Shown here piece by piece: positions 31,083 through 40,835 of a stretch of 64,000 nucleotides of DNA; the stretch's first letter is position 1; every line of letters begins with the position of its first letter. The position numbers and the translations under genes were made by a program. The notes beneath the pieces were generated by a model. That model was not told the origin of the DNA and searched no databases. It saw nothing but the letters and a program-made list of their open reading frames with translations. Where the stretch lies: contig JAYKHR010000045.1 of assembly GCA_035285125.1 (NCBI GenBank), positions 128,001 to 192,000 on the forward strand. The letters are read 5' to 3'. The stretch comes from Candidatus Sericytochromatia bacterium (GTDB lineage Bacteria > Cyanobacteriota > Sericytochromatia > S15B-MN24 > JAQBPE01).

Positions 31083-31183
31083 CGGAGGATGGTTGAACCT
31101 TTCCTGCAGGGTCCGCTATTGTTGACCGTGGAAAATTGGCGACACACGGGTGCGCACGACTTCGAAACCTCCACGGAGCCATT

Positions 31184-32553
31184 GTGACACAAGTTGAGCA
31201 GGCCAGTATCAGCAACGTCCTTGGCGTGGCGACGATCTTGGTTATGTCAGCCTGGATTTGGAGGCACCACCAGACCCCGTTCTTCAGACTGTGGCTGTGC
31301 GCCTACGGGGGGGGCTTTGCCTCCTGCTGTCCGAGATGTTTGCAGCCTTCTTTGGACGTCCCGGATGGTTGTGGGGTCTGGAAGTTGTCCTGGTCAACGC
31401 GATTTGCTGGTGCCTCGTTCAGGCCTCTCGGGTCTTGCGCCGTGACGCCCCGATGACCGCGCGTCGCCTCCCCCTTTTCTTGGTGGCTACTGGCCTTCCT
31501 GGCGCCGGCCTTGCTGCGTGGGGGCAGCCTTTCAATGTGGTGGTCCTGCCCTCCATGCTTGCCTATTCTTGGCTCCACGTGTGGCTGGGATGGAGCATCC
31601 TGCGAACCCACCAGGCCGCCGGCTCCAGATTCCTGGGCCTGCCCGTTGTCATCTCCGGCCTCTGGTTTTTCTCCTATCCTGTCCTGGCGCACACGCCCTG
31701 GGCCTGGGTCGGGTACTCGGTTTCGATGGTGCTGAACCTGATGGTTGGGGTTGGCATGCTGGTCTTCCTGATCGAAACCACGAACGCGCAGTTGCGCCTC
31801 CACAACGAGGAGCTGGCCCGGCTGGATGCCGCGAAGTATCAGTTCATCACCACCATCGGCCACGAGCTCAGGACGCCCCTTACCTCCGTGATCACCGCGC
31901 TTCACATTCTGAGGAGCGGTCAGGGTCAGGCTCTGGCCGAGCCGACCGCGGGGCTGCTCCAAGTGGCCGAGGAGCAGTCCCTGGTGCTGAAACGCCTGGT
32001 GAATGACGTGTTCGAGCTGGCTCGCTTGCGAACGCATGGACTCTCCTGCGAGAAGGGCCCCACCCAGTTGAACGACCTGGTGCACCAGGTGACGAACGCG
32101 CAGCGGCCAGCGTTCGACGCGGCAGGCATCACGCTGGTCACGGACATGCCGTCAGAAGGGGTCTCCATCGAGGCCGATGCAGACCGCCTGAACCAGGTGC
32201 TGCAAAACCTCCTTGATAACGCGCGCAAGGCGACCCCGGCCGGGGGGCGCGTGGAGGTGCAGCTGGCCAGGATGCCACGTGCCGCCGAGCTGCGGGTGGT
32301 CGACACGGGGGTCGGCATCGAACCCGAGCACCTGGCTCGGGTTTTCGAACCGTTCTTCCAGGCCTGTCCCGGCCAGTCGGGGAGCCGGGGCCTCGGACTT
32401 GGCCTGACGCTCAGCCGTGCGATCATCGAGGGGGGGCACCAGGGAACGCTGACGGTGACCAGCACGCCAGGCGAGGGAAGCAACTTCGTCGTCACCTTGC
32501 CCGTATCCGCACGCCCGGCTGAACCCGTCGTCTTTACGGCCTCTCGGGCCTGA
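31184..32553 (+). CDS. Multi-pass membrane sensor histidine kinase (HisKA + HATPase_c); frameshift at the G8 tract 31307-31314
   Basis: GHELRTPLT H-box, NLLDNA, DTGVGI, FEPF, GLGLGL. Adding one G joins the hydrophobic N-terminus (GTG 31184 after GGAG) to the main ORF, giving 456 aa with about 6-7 TM segments. Confidence 0.88.
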
Positions 32554-32687
32554 GCGGGGACCGGGTCCGGCCGGGCAACGCGCGCTTTCAGGCGCGCCAG
32601 GGAAAGGATCGAGGCGGCGACGTATGTCACGGCCCTGGGCGGGGTACGAGCGGGGTCGGTCCCTGAACGGCTTGCCGGAGAACCGCC

Positions 32688-34601
32688 GTGGTCCCCTCGC
32701 GCCTCGCCCTGTCCCTCCTGGTCGGAGCCTTCCTGCTGCCGAGCTGTGCCCCGCCGGCCGGGCTGAGCCCGGCGCCGACGGCAGGCGCGGCTCCGGGGGG
32801 AGGGCCTCCCGCGTCCCTGGCGCCCTCCGCCCCGGGCAGCGCCTCACCACCGCCGGCGTCGGCCTCGCCCGCCCCGGCGCCTGCGACGCCCCTGCCCGCC
32901 ATCCGCCGCCGGCTGCTCGGCAGCGTGGCCGTTAACGGCCAGCCCGTGGAGGGCGCCAGCCTCACGGCCTGGGACCTCGCCACGGGGCGGGCGGTGCCCC
33001 TCACGGCCTGGGAGGAGGCCGGCGGCGGCACCCTGCGGACGGACGCGGCCGGGGCCTTCGACCTTGCGCTGCCGCCGCTGGCGGCAGGCCAGGTCGTCCG
33101 GCTGGTCGCGAAGACGGGTTCCCAGGCCTTCGTCGCGCTGCTCGACGGCCAGGGGCGGCTCCTGGCCGCGCCTGCCCGGGGCTACGCCCTGCGCGAGGCC
33201 GGCGACGTGACGCTGCGGCTCGTGCTCAGCCCCGCGAGCACGGCCGCCGCTCGCGCCTTCCAGGGCGTCTTCAAGCTCCAGTTGCTGCGGCCGCAGGCGG
33301 CCCGGGAGGCCGGCGTGGCGCAGGCCTTCGAGGCCGCCAGGCGGGCCGTGGCGGCGCTCGAGGAGGCCCTCGCCAGGCAGCCGGCCTGGGCCGACGACCT
33401 CGTCACGGGCCTCGGCCCGGACGGGCTGGCGGCCTCCTCGGACGCCCTGCGGGCGGCGCTCGGCCGGCTTGGCGCCTTTGCCGCGCTGGACGGGGCCGTG
33501 CGCGCCGAGCTTGCACGGCTCCCGCTCGAGCCGCTCGCGGTGGCGTCCGGCACCGTCCCCTTCACGGCGGAGGACTTCCCGCTCGACCGGCCGACGATCG
33601 GGGTGGCGGGTGAGCTGGGCTTCAGCGGGCTGGCGCCGGGCCTGCGGCTGACGGGTGAGCCGGCTGGCTGGGTGCCCACGCCCGAGCGCAAGCGGCGGCG
33701 GGATGGTCTGGGCAGCCGCTTCCGGCTCGTCGACATGGGGCGGCCGGCCAACCCCGCCCGCGTGACGCGCTGGTACGGCTCGTTCTACGATTCCCGGTAC
33801 ATCCTGCTCGCCCACGGCCCCGAGCTGCGCATCTACGACACCGGGACCGGGGTGCTGCGCGACCCGGTGGCCACGGCCTGGCAGAATGCCGTTCGTGGCG
33901 CCGTCCGGGAGCCCGGCAGCGCCGCCGTGCTGGCCCACGGCGACTCGGAGCAGCTCCTGCGCGGCACGCCCGTTGATGCCAGCCTCAGCGCGTTCACGTG
34001 GCAGCCGTACATGCCCATCGAGTCGGCATCCAACGTCTACAACGCCTTCCGGCGCTTCGGCGAGCGGCTCTACCTCGCGAACGACCGCGCCGCCCAGGGC
34101 GCCTCGCTCTACGAGGTCACGGGCACGCCGCCAGCGACGGTGCCGGTGGCCGTCGGGCACCCACCCGTCGAGCGGCTGCCGGCCAGCAGCCGGTGCTACG
34201 ACGTCGCCTTCGACGTGACGCCGGGCTACTCGAGCCCGCCGGGCTGGCTGCTGGCCCAGCACCCCAAGGCTGGGGACACGCGGTGGACGGCCATCTGGGC
34301 CGTGAACCCCGCCAACGGCGGCACGAACACCCTGCTGGTCGACAACATCTTCATGGGCCGCACGCTGGCGTACTCCTGGCGCCGGCGCGAGCTGTACGTG
34401 TCGAGCTACGACACCGCCGCCCTGGTCGCCACGCAGCCGGTGGTCGTGTATGCGTATGCCATCGGCACGAGCGTGCTGGCGGTGGACGTCGACACGGGCG
34501 CGACCCACCACGTCGAGTGGGACCGGGGGACGCCCGAGCGGCCCGTCAGCGGGCTGACGGTCTCGCCCGACGGCGAGGTGCTCTACGGCTTCATGCTCTG
34601 A
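32688..34601 (+). CDS. Hypothetical lipoprotein, probable C-terminal beta-propeller
   Basis: Lipobox LPSC, Pro/Ala linker, GSVAVNGQPVEGA...RTDAAGAF module, ends with VSGLTVSPDGEVLY. Confidence 0.7.
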   Translation: MVPSRLALSLLVGAFLLPSCAPPAGLSPAPTAGAAPGGGPPASLAPSAPGSASPPPASASPAPAPATPLPAIRRRLLGSVAVNGQPVEGASLTAWDLATGRAVPLTAWEEAGGGTLRTDAAGAFDLALPPLAAGQVVRLVAKTGSQAFVALLDGQGRLLAAPARGYALREAGDVTLRLVLSPASTAAARAFQGVFKLQLLRPQAAREAGVAQAFEAARRAVAALEEALARQPAWADDLVTGLGPDGLAASSDALRAALGRLGAFAALDGAVRAELARLPLEPLAVASGTVPFTAEDFPLDRPTIGVAGELGFSGLAPGLRLTGEPAGWVPTPERKRRRDGLGSRFRLVDMGRPANPARVTRWYGSFYDSRYILLAHGPELRIYDTGTGVLRDPVATAWQNAVRGAVREPGSAAVLAHGDSEQLLRGTPVDASLSAFTWQPYMPIESASNVYNAFRRFGERLYLANDRAAQGASLYEVTGTPPATVPVAVGHPPVERLPASSRCYDVAFDVTPGYSSPPGWLLAQHPKAGDTRWTAIWAVNPANGGTNTLLVDNIFMGRTLAYSWRRRELYVSSYDTAALVATQPVVVYAYAIGTSVLAVDVDTGATHHVEWDRGTPERPVSGLTVSPDGEVLYGFML

Positions 34602-34635
34602 CGGCGTGCGGGGCACGGGAAAGGGGGGCCGGCCC

Positions 34636-35541
34636 ATGGGCAGGCGGCATGCGCTGGCGGCGGCGCTCGTGGCTCACGTGGCCCTGGCAACGGCGTGCGC
34701 CCCGCTGGCGCGGGGGGGGCGGGCCATCGGCGAGCAGCTCGTCGCCTGGTCGGGGCAGGCCGCCCCGGCGGCCTACCACAAGCGGCCCCTGCCCGCGCTC
34801 CCGCGGCCCTGGATCGTCGCCCACCGGGGCTACTCGGCCCTGGCCCCCGAGAACACCCTCGCCAGCCTGCGGGCCGCCGTCGAGGCGGGGGCCGATGCCG
34901 TCGAGTTCGACGTGCGCCTCACGCGCGACGGGGAGGCCGTGCTCATGCACGACCCCACCGTGGATCGCACCACCAGCGGCCGGGGGGAGGTCGCCAGCCT
35001 GACGCTCGCCGAGCTGCGGCGGCTCGACGCGGGTGGCTGGAAGCACCCGCGCTGGCGCGGGGAGCCCGTGCCCACCGTAGCGGAGGCGCTGGCGGTGCTC
35101 GCGGGCCGGGCCGTGGCGGTGGTCGAGCTCAAGGAGGCCCACCCCGGGCTCGTGCGGCGCGTGGCCGAGGCGCTGGGCAGCCACACGCCGCCGGGCGGCG
35201 CCATCTTGATTTCCTTCCACCGCGCCGCGCTGCGCCGGCTGGCGGGGCTGGCGCCCGACCGCCCCCTCGGCCTGCTGGTGCGGCCGCTGGAGCCACCGCC
35301 CACCCGGGCGCTGGGCGCGCACGCCGACCTGGTGCTGAGCTGGCACGAGGCCCTCGGCGGCCCCGTCGTCGCGGCCGCCCACGGGCAGGGGCTGCCGCTG
35401 TTCGCCTGGACGGTGGACGAGCCCGCGGCCATGGCGCGGCTGCTGCGCTGGGGCGTGGATGGGCTCGTCACCAACGAGGTCGACCGGGCCGTGGCGCTGC
35501 GCCGGGCCTGGCGGGCAGGCCTGCCGATGCCCGCGCCCTAG
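34636..35541 (+). CDS. Glycerophosphodiester phosphodiesterase
   Basis: IVAHRGYS..PENTL, EFDVRLTRDG..VLMHD, VELK, WTVD, GVDGLVTN. Possible lipobox ATAC. Confidence 0.92.
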   Translation: MGRRHALAAALVAHVALATACAPLARGGRAIGEQLVAWSGQAAPAAYHKRPLPALPRPWIVAHRGYSALAPENTLASLRAAVEAGADAVEFDVRLTRDGEAVLMHDPTVDRTTSGRGEVASLTLAELRRLDAGGWKHPRWRGEPVPTVAEALAVLAGRAVAVVELKEAHPGLVRRVAEALGSHTPPGGAILISFHRAALRRLAGLAPDRPLGLLVRPLEPPPTRALGAHADLVLSWHEALGGPVVAAAHGQGLPLFAWTVDEPAAMARLLRWGVDGLVTNEVDRAVALRRAWRAGLPMPAP

Positions 35542-38500
35542 GCCGTCGGCTCTGCCGGCGCGGCCCCGTCGCCCGGCTCGTCCGGCGCCGGCAGCCGCTT
35601 GCCGAGCCAGCCCCAGGCCGTGCGCTGGATGTCGTCGATGAGGGTGAAGGCCGCCGGGATCACGACGAGCGTGAACAGCGTGGAGGTGACGAGCCCCCCG
35701 ATCACGGCGACGGCCATCGGCGAGAGGATCTCGGTGCCCGTGCCCAGCTCCAGGGCGATGGGCAGCATGCCGGCGATCATGGCGATCGTCGTCATCAAGA
35801 TGGGCCGCAGGCGGTCGCGCCCGGCGCGCAGCAGCGCCTCCCGGCGCGTGGCGCCCTGGTTGCGGGCCATCTGCGCGTACTCGACGAGCAGGATCGAGTT
35901 CTTGGTGACGAGGCCCATCAGCATCATCACGCCGATGAGCGCGTAGAGACCGAGCTCCTTGCCGAAGACCAGCAGGCCGGCCATCGCCCCGCCGATGGAC
36001 AGGGGCAGCGCCATCATGATGGTCAGCGGCTGCAGGAAGCCCCCGAAGAGCAGCACCAGCACGGCGTAGATGGCCATGATGCCCGTGCCGAGGGCGATCA
36101 GGGTCTCGGTGAAGATGTCCATCATCACCTTGGACTCGCCCACCGTGCCCTGGGTGATGCCGGCCGGCAGGGCCTTGATGCTGGGCAGCTCGGCGACCTT
36201 CGCGAGGGCCGTGCCCATGTCGCCGGCCGTCAGGTTGGCCGTGAAGGTGATCTGGCGGGCGCGGTCGTAGCGGTCGATCTGCACGGGGCCCGTGCCGAAG
36301 TGGAGGTCGGCCACCGTCCGCAGGGGCACGAGGCCAGCCCGGCCGGGCACCAGGAGGTCTCCGATGGCGGCCAGGTCGGCCCGCGCCGACGGGGCAAGCT
36401 GCACGCGGATGTTCAGCTGGCGCGAGTCGGCGTTGAACTTGGCGAGGTTGAACTCGGCATCGCCCTGGGTCGCGAGGCGGGCCACCCGCCCGATGGCCGC
36501 GACGGAGACCCCCTGCTCGGCGGCGCGCGTCAGGTGGGGCCTGATCACGACCTCCGGACGGAGCTCCGCGGCGGTGCTCGTGACGTCCCGCAGCTCTGGC
36601 AGGGTGCGCATCTCCTTGAGCACCTGCGCCCCCACCTGCTCGAGCAGCCGGCCGTCCGAGCCGCGCAGCAGCACGTTCACGGGCTTGGCGGAGCCCGTCG
36701 CCCCGAACTGGGCGAAGGCCACGCGCGCGCCCGGGATGCGGGCAAGCTCCGGGCGCAGCTGGTCCTGGAATGCCTCCAGCGTCAGCGTGCGCTGGTCGCG
36801 GGGCTTGAGCACCACGTTCACGGTGCCGCGCGTGACGGAGCTGGCCGACTGCACCAGGGAGCCCCCGGCCGAGTTCGAGGCCGAGCCGACGGTCGCGAAG
36901 ACCAGCTGGGACTCCGGCCGGGCCGCGAGCAGCTGGCTCGTCTCCATCACCACGCGCTCCGTCTCCTCGATCGTGGAGCCTGCGGGGAGGGAGATCTGGA
37001 CCATGGCCTGGCCGATGTCGCCGAGGTCGATGAAGCCCTTGGGGATCACGGGCACCAGCGCCATCGAGCCGACGAACACGGCCAGGGCCCCGGTCAGCGT
37101 CTTCCAGCGGTGGGCGAGGGCCCACTCGAGCAGGCGCATGTAGGGCTCGCGCCAGGGCGCCCGGTCCTCGGCGTGGGCGAGCCGCTCCGGCAGCAGGTGG
37201 GCGGCCATCATCGGCGTGAGGGTCCGGGCGACCAGCAGCGAGAACAGCACGGCCACGGCCACCGTGACGCCGAACGAGCGGAAGAACATCCCGGGGATGC
37301 CGCCCATAAAGCCCACCGGGATGAACACGGCGACGATCGTCATGGTGGTGGCGACGATGGCGAGGCCGATCTCGTCGGTGGCCTCCAGGGCAGCCCTCAT
37401 GGGCGACTTGCCCATCGCGATGTGGCGGTAGATGTTCTCGAGGTCGACGATCGCATCGTCCACGAGGATGCCGACCACGAGCGTGAGCGCCAGCGTCGTC
37501 ATCCCGTTGAGGGTGTAGCCGAGCAGCTTCATGACGCCGAAGGTCGCGATCACCGAGAGCGGGATGGCGAGCGCCGAGATGAACAGCGCCTGGCCATTGC
37601 GCAGGAAGATGAAGATCACGGCCACGGCCAGCGCCGAGCCGAGGTACAGCGCGTCCATCGTGGCCTCGTGGGAGTCCCGCGTGAAGTCCGCCATCGTGCG
37701 GATGAGCTCGACCTTCACGTCCGGCGGCAGCGTGGCCGCGAGCGCCTCGACCTGCTGGCGGGTGGCCTCCTCGGTCTGCACGAGGGGCGAGCCCTGCGAG
37801 CGCACGACGGAGAACGCCACGCACGGCTGGCCGTTCAGGAACGCCTTCTGCCGCACCTCCGCGTGGCTGTCCGCGACCCGCCCGAGCGCGTCGAGCCTGA
37901 CGGTGCCGCCCTGCGGCAGGGCGATCGGCAGCCGGGCCAGCGCCTCCACCGAGCCAGCGGAGCCGAGCGTCCGGATCGACTGCTCGCGCCCGCCGGCGTC
38001 GGCGCGGCCGCCGGGCAGGTTGACGTTGGCCTGCCTGAGCTGCCCGTTCACGTCCTCCACCGTGAGCCTGTGGGCCCGCAGCCGGGCAGGCTCGAGGTCG
38101 ATCCGCACCTCCCGCGTCAGCCCGCCGGAGCGGCGCACCTGCGCGACGCCCGGCACGGCCAGCAAGGAGCGGGTGATGTCCTCGTCGATGAGGCGCGACA
38201 GCTCGGCCATCGGGCGCCTGGTCGACGAGACGGTGAAGGTGGCGAAGGGCTCGCCGCTGAAGTTGGGGTGCGTGATGGAGGGCTCGGTGATGTCGCCGGG
38301 CAGCGTCTGGCGGATCCTCGAGACGGCGTCCCGGACGTCGTTCAGCGCCGTCTCGGAGCGGGTGCCAATCTTGAACTCGCACACCGTCGTCGACACGCCC
38401 TCCGAGACGGTCGAGGTGATGTGGTCGAGCCCCGTGATGCCGACGAGCGAGTCCTCGACCTTGCGCGTGACCTCGGTCTCGAGCTCGGCCGGGGAGGCAC

Positions 38501-38657
38501 CGGCCTGCGAGACAGCCACCACGATGAGGGGGAAGTCGACGTCGGGGTTGTCGTTGACGCCGAGCCGGAGGTAGCTGAAGAGCCCCACCAGGGTCAGCAT
38601 CAAGAAGAGCAGGATGACGGGGATGGGGCGCTTGATGGCCCAGGCAGAGACGTTCAT
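35538..38657 (-). CDS. RND efflux permease (AcrB/AcrD/AcrF family)
   Basis: [40 protein letters not shown]. 1039 aa. Confidence 0.95.
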   Translation of the reverse strand: MNVSAWAIKRPIPVILLFLMLTLVGLFSYLRLGVNDNPDVDFPLIVVAVSQAGASPAELETEVTRKVEDSLVGITGLDHITSTVSEGVSTTVCEFKIGTRSETALNDVRDAVSRIRQTLPGDITEPSITHPNFSGEPFATFTVSSTRRPMAELSRLIDEDITRSLLAVPGVAQVRRSGGLTREVRIDLEPARLRAHRLTVEDVNGQLRQANVNLPGGRADAGGREQSIRTLGSAGSVEALARLPIALPQGGTVRLDALGRVADSHAEVRQKAFLNGQPCVAFSVVRSQGSPLVQTEEATRQQVEALAATLPPDVKVELIRTMADFTRDSHEATMDALYLGSALAVAVIFIFLRNGQALFISALAIPLSVIATFGVMKLLGYTLNGMTTLALTLVVGILVDDAIVDLENIYRHIAMGKSPMRAALEATDEIGLAIVATTMTIVAVFIPVGFMGGIPGMFFRSFGVTVAVAVLFSLLVARTLTPMMAAHLLPERLAHAEDRAPWREPYMRLLEWALAHRWKTLTGALAVFVGSMALVPVIPKGFIDLGDIGQAMVQISLPAGSTIEETERVVMETSQLLAARPESQLVFATVGSASNSAGGSLVQSASSVTRGTVNVVLKPRDQRTLTLEAFQDQLRPELARIPGARVAFAQFGATGSAKPVNVLLRGSDGRLLEQVGAQVLKEMRTLPELRDVTSTAAELRPEVVIRPHLTRAAEQGVSVAAIGRVARLATQGDAEFNLAKFNADSRQLNIRVQLAPSARADLAAIGDLLVPGRAGLVPLRTVADLHFGTGPVQIDRYDRARQITFTANLTAGDMGTALAKVAELPSIKALPAGITQGTVGESKVMMDIFTETLIALGTGIMAIYAVLVLLFGGFLQPLTIMMALPLSIGGAMAGLLVFGKELGLYALIGVMMLMGLVTKNSILLVEYAQMARNQGATRREALLRAGRDRLRPILMTTIAMIAGMLPIALELGTGTEILSPMAVAVIGGLVTSTLFTLVVIPAAFTLIDDIQRTAWGWLGKRLPAPDEPGDGAAPAEPTA

Positions 38658-38672
38658 GGCGGGCCTCTCGCC

Positions 38673-39959
38673 TCAGGAGCCCGCGGTGGCTTTCCCTGGC
38701 TGTGGCTTGCCCGGCGAGGCGGCCTTCGGCGGCGCGACGTCGACCTTGTCACCGTCCTTCAGGAAGCCGACGCCGGCCGTGATGACCTGCTCGCCGGCCT
38801 TGAGGCCCTCGGCGATCGCCACCCAGCCCCCGGCCCTGGCCCCAGGCACGACGCTGCGGCTGCGGGCGATGCTGCCATCCAGCACGAACACCTCGCTGCC
38901 CGCCTCCTTCGTGACGACGGCCGATGCGGGCACGGTCAGCGCGGACACCTGCCCGAGCGCCAGCTGGGCCCGCACGAACATCCCCACGCGCAGGCCCGAG
39001 GCCTCCGGGATGTCGATGCGGATGGTGGCCTGGCGGCTCGCGAGGTCCACCGCCGGGCTGACCTCCCGGATGACGCCGCTCGCCTGCAGGTCGGGCCTGG
39101 CATCCGAGCCCACGCGGGCCAGCAGGCCCGGCCTCACCTGGCCGAGGTCGGCCTCGGGCACGAGCGCCTCCACCTGCAGCCGGCCCAGCCGGACCATCTG
39201 GAACATCGCCTTGCCGACGGCGGAGGCATCCCCGAGGTGGACGTCCTTGCGGATGATCTTGCCCGCGTCCGGCGCCTTGACGCGCGTCTGGGCGTGCAGC
39301 GCCTCCATCTGGGCCAGGGTGGCGCGGGCCTCGTCGGCCTGGGCCTCGGCAATGGCCAGGTCCTCCGGCCGCGAGCCCTCGCGGGCGAGCGAGAGCCGCT
39401 CGCGGGCCTGGTCGGCCGCCGCGCGGGCCTGCTCGGCCGCGGCCTGGCGGCCCACGAGCTCCATCGGCGTCACGGCACCCTCGGCTGCCAAAGCCTGGCT
39501 GCGCACGTAGGCGTCCTGCGCCTGCCGGGCCGCGGCCTCGGCCTGCACGAGCGCGGCCTCCGTGCTGCGGAGGTCCTGCAGGCGCATCGGGTGGCGGGCC
39601 TTCTGCAGCTGGGCCTCCGCGATGCGGGCCCGGGCGCGGGCCGCGTCGAGCTGCGCCTTCAGCGTGGCGTCGTCGAGCACCGCGAGCACCTGCCCGCGGC
39701 CCACCATCTGGCCCTCCTCGGCGGTCACGGCCACGACCCGCAGGCCGTTGGCCGCCGGGATGACGGGCATCGGCTCCCACGCGGCGACGGAGCCCGTGAC
39801 CTCCAGCGTGCGCGGCAGCTGCCGCGCCTCGACAGGCCGGGTCTCCACCGTCAGGACGGCGGGGACCTCGGCCGGCTTCTCCTCTTGCTTGGCCTTGCAG
39901 GCGAGAGGGGCTGCCGCGATGCCGAGCAACAGGGGGACAACGACGAGGCTACGACGCAT
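38673..39959 (-). CDS. RND efflux periplasmic adaptor (membrane fusion protein), lipoprotein
   Basis: Lipobox PLAC, EEGQMVGRGQVLA lipoyl-like half, long helical hairpin, LRVGMF, GLKAGEQVI. Confidence 0.93.
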   Translation of the reverse strand: MRRSLVVVPLLLGIAAAPLACKAKQEEKPAEVPAVLTVETRPVEARQLPRTLEVTGSVAAWEPMPVIPAANGLRVVAVTAEEGQMVGRGQVLAVLDDATLKAQLDAARARARIAEAQLQKARHPMRLQDLRSTEAALVQAEAAARQAQDAYVRSQALAAEGAVTPMELVGRQAAAEQARAAADQARERLSLAREGSRPEDLAIAEAQADEARATLAQMEALHAQTRVKAPDAGKIIRKDVHLGDASAVGKAMFQMVRLGRLQVEALVPEADLGQVRPGLLARVGSDARPDLQASGVIREVSPAVDLASRQATIRIDIPEASGLRVGMFVRAQLALGQVSALTVPASAVVTKEAGSEVFVLDGSIARSRSVVPGARAGGWVAIAEGLKAGEQVITAGVGFLKDGDKVDVAPPKAASPGKPQPGKATAGS

Positions 39960-40066
39960 TGGGAGCTAGGACCTCCGGGGCGCGGGTGGCGGCGTGGACC
40001 GGCCTGCGGAGACTATTTTGCCTGGAAATATTTTGATACGTCAAATAAATGGCCGCGCGGGACGCG

Positions 40067-40828
40067 TCAGCGCGGCGAGACCGGCACCACGAGGTCTTCC
40101 ACCTGATCCAACCCAGGGCCTGCCGGCCAGGGGGCGAAGCGCCAGGCCCCGACTGCCTCCAGCGCGGCCTGGTCGACGTCCCGGCGGCCGCTGGAGCGCA
40201 CGACTTGGGTGCGCGCCACGTGACCCGAGGGGCTCACCCAGACCCGCACCCCCACCTCCCGTGAGACGTAGTCCTGAAGGGCCTCCAGGGGCACGGTGGG
40301 GTCGACCCGCCGCAGCAGCGGTCGCGCGACCAGCCCGTGTTTCAGCCAATCGACGGTGGGTGGGGTGCCCTCCCAGCGGGCCCGGCCGTCGCCGAACCGG
40401 GCCTGATCCTTGGGGACCCACTGCACCACGCGCTCCGCCCGCAGGTGGATCTCCCCGGACGCGTCGATGCGTCGGATGACGCCCTCCCACGTCAGGCGGT
40501 CGCCCACGGCCATGCCATGGCCCTCGGCCAGGTAGGCCGTCCACGTCGGGCCGGGGCTCTCGGGCGCGGCGGCCACGTGGACCGCCACCAGGCCGGCCGC
40601 CGTGACATCCGGGGCCGTTCCCACGACCCAGCCGCTGCGGCGCATCCGCTGACCGGCGTGGGCGCGGTTCAGCCGGGCGAGCTCAGCCTGGAAGGGGCCG
40701 TCGGGAAGCCTGGCGGCTGCGCGGGCCACCTTCGCCCGGAGGGCGTCCTCCCGCGGCAGCGACTCGGCCCCCGCCGGGAGGGCGGGGGCCAGCAGCAGCG
40801 CGCAGAGGGCGATCAGCAGGCGGTGCAC
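40067..40828 (-). CDS. Secreted protein with C-terminal TonB_C domain
   Basis: GTG 40828 followed by a signal peptide ending in AGA. VRVWVSPSGHV...VVRSSG...DQAALEAVGAWRFAP. Confidence 0.75.
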   Translation of the reverse strand: MHRLLIALCALLLAPALPAGAESLPREDALRAKVARAAARLPDGPFQAELARLNRAHAGQRMRRSGWVVGTAPDVTAAGLVAVHVAAAPESPGPTWTAYLAEGHGMAVGDRLTWEGVIRRIDASGEIHLRAERVVQWVPKDQARFGDGRARWEGTPPTVDWLKHGLVARPLLRRVDPTVPLEALQDYVSREVGVRVWVSPSGHVARTQVVRSSGRRDVDQAALEAVGAWRFAPWPAGPGLDQVEDLVVPVSPR

Positions 40829-40835
40829 CCGCCCA

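Noticed and set aside
40032..40045. TTTGA-N4-TCAAA inverted repeat upstream of the RND operon
   Set aside because: Only 5-bp arms and no adjacent regulator. Too weak to call.
34591..40106. 1803-aa (+) and 1263-aa (-) ORFs
   Set aside because: Antisense or off-frame shadows of the RND and GDPD genes, typical of GC-rich DNA.
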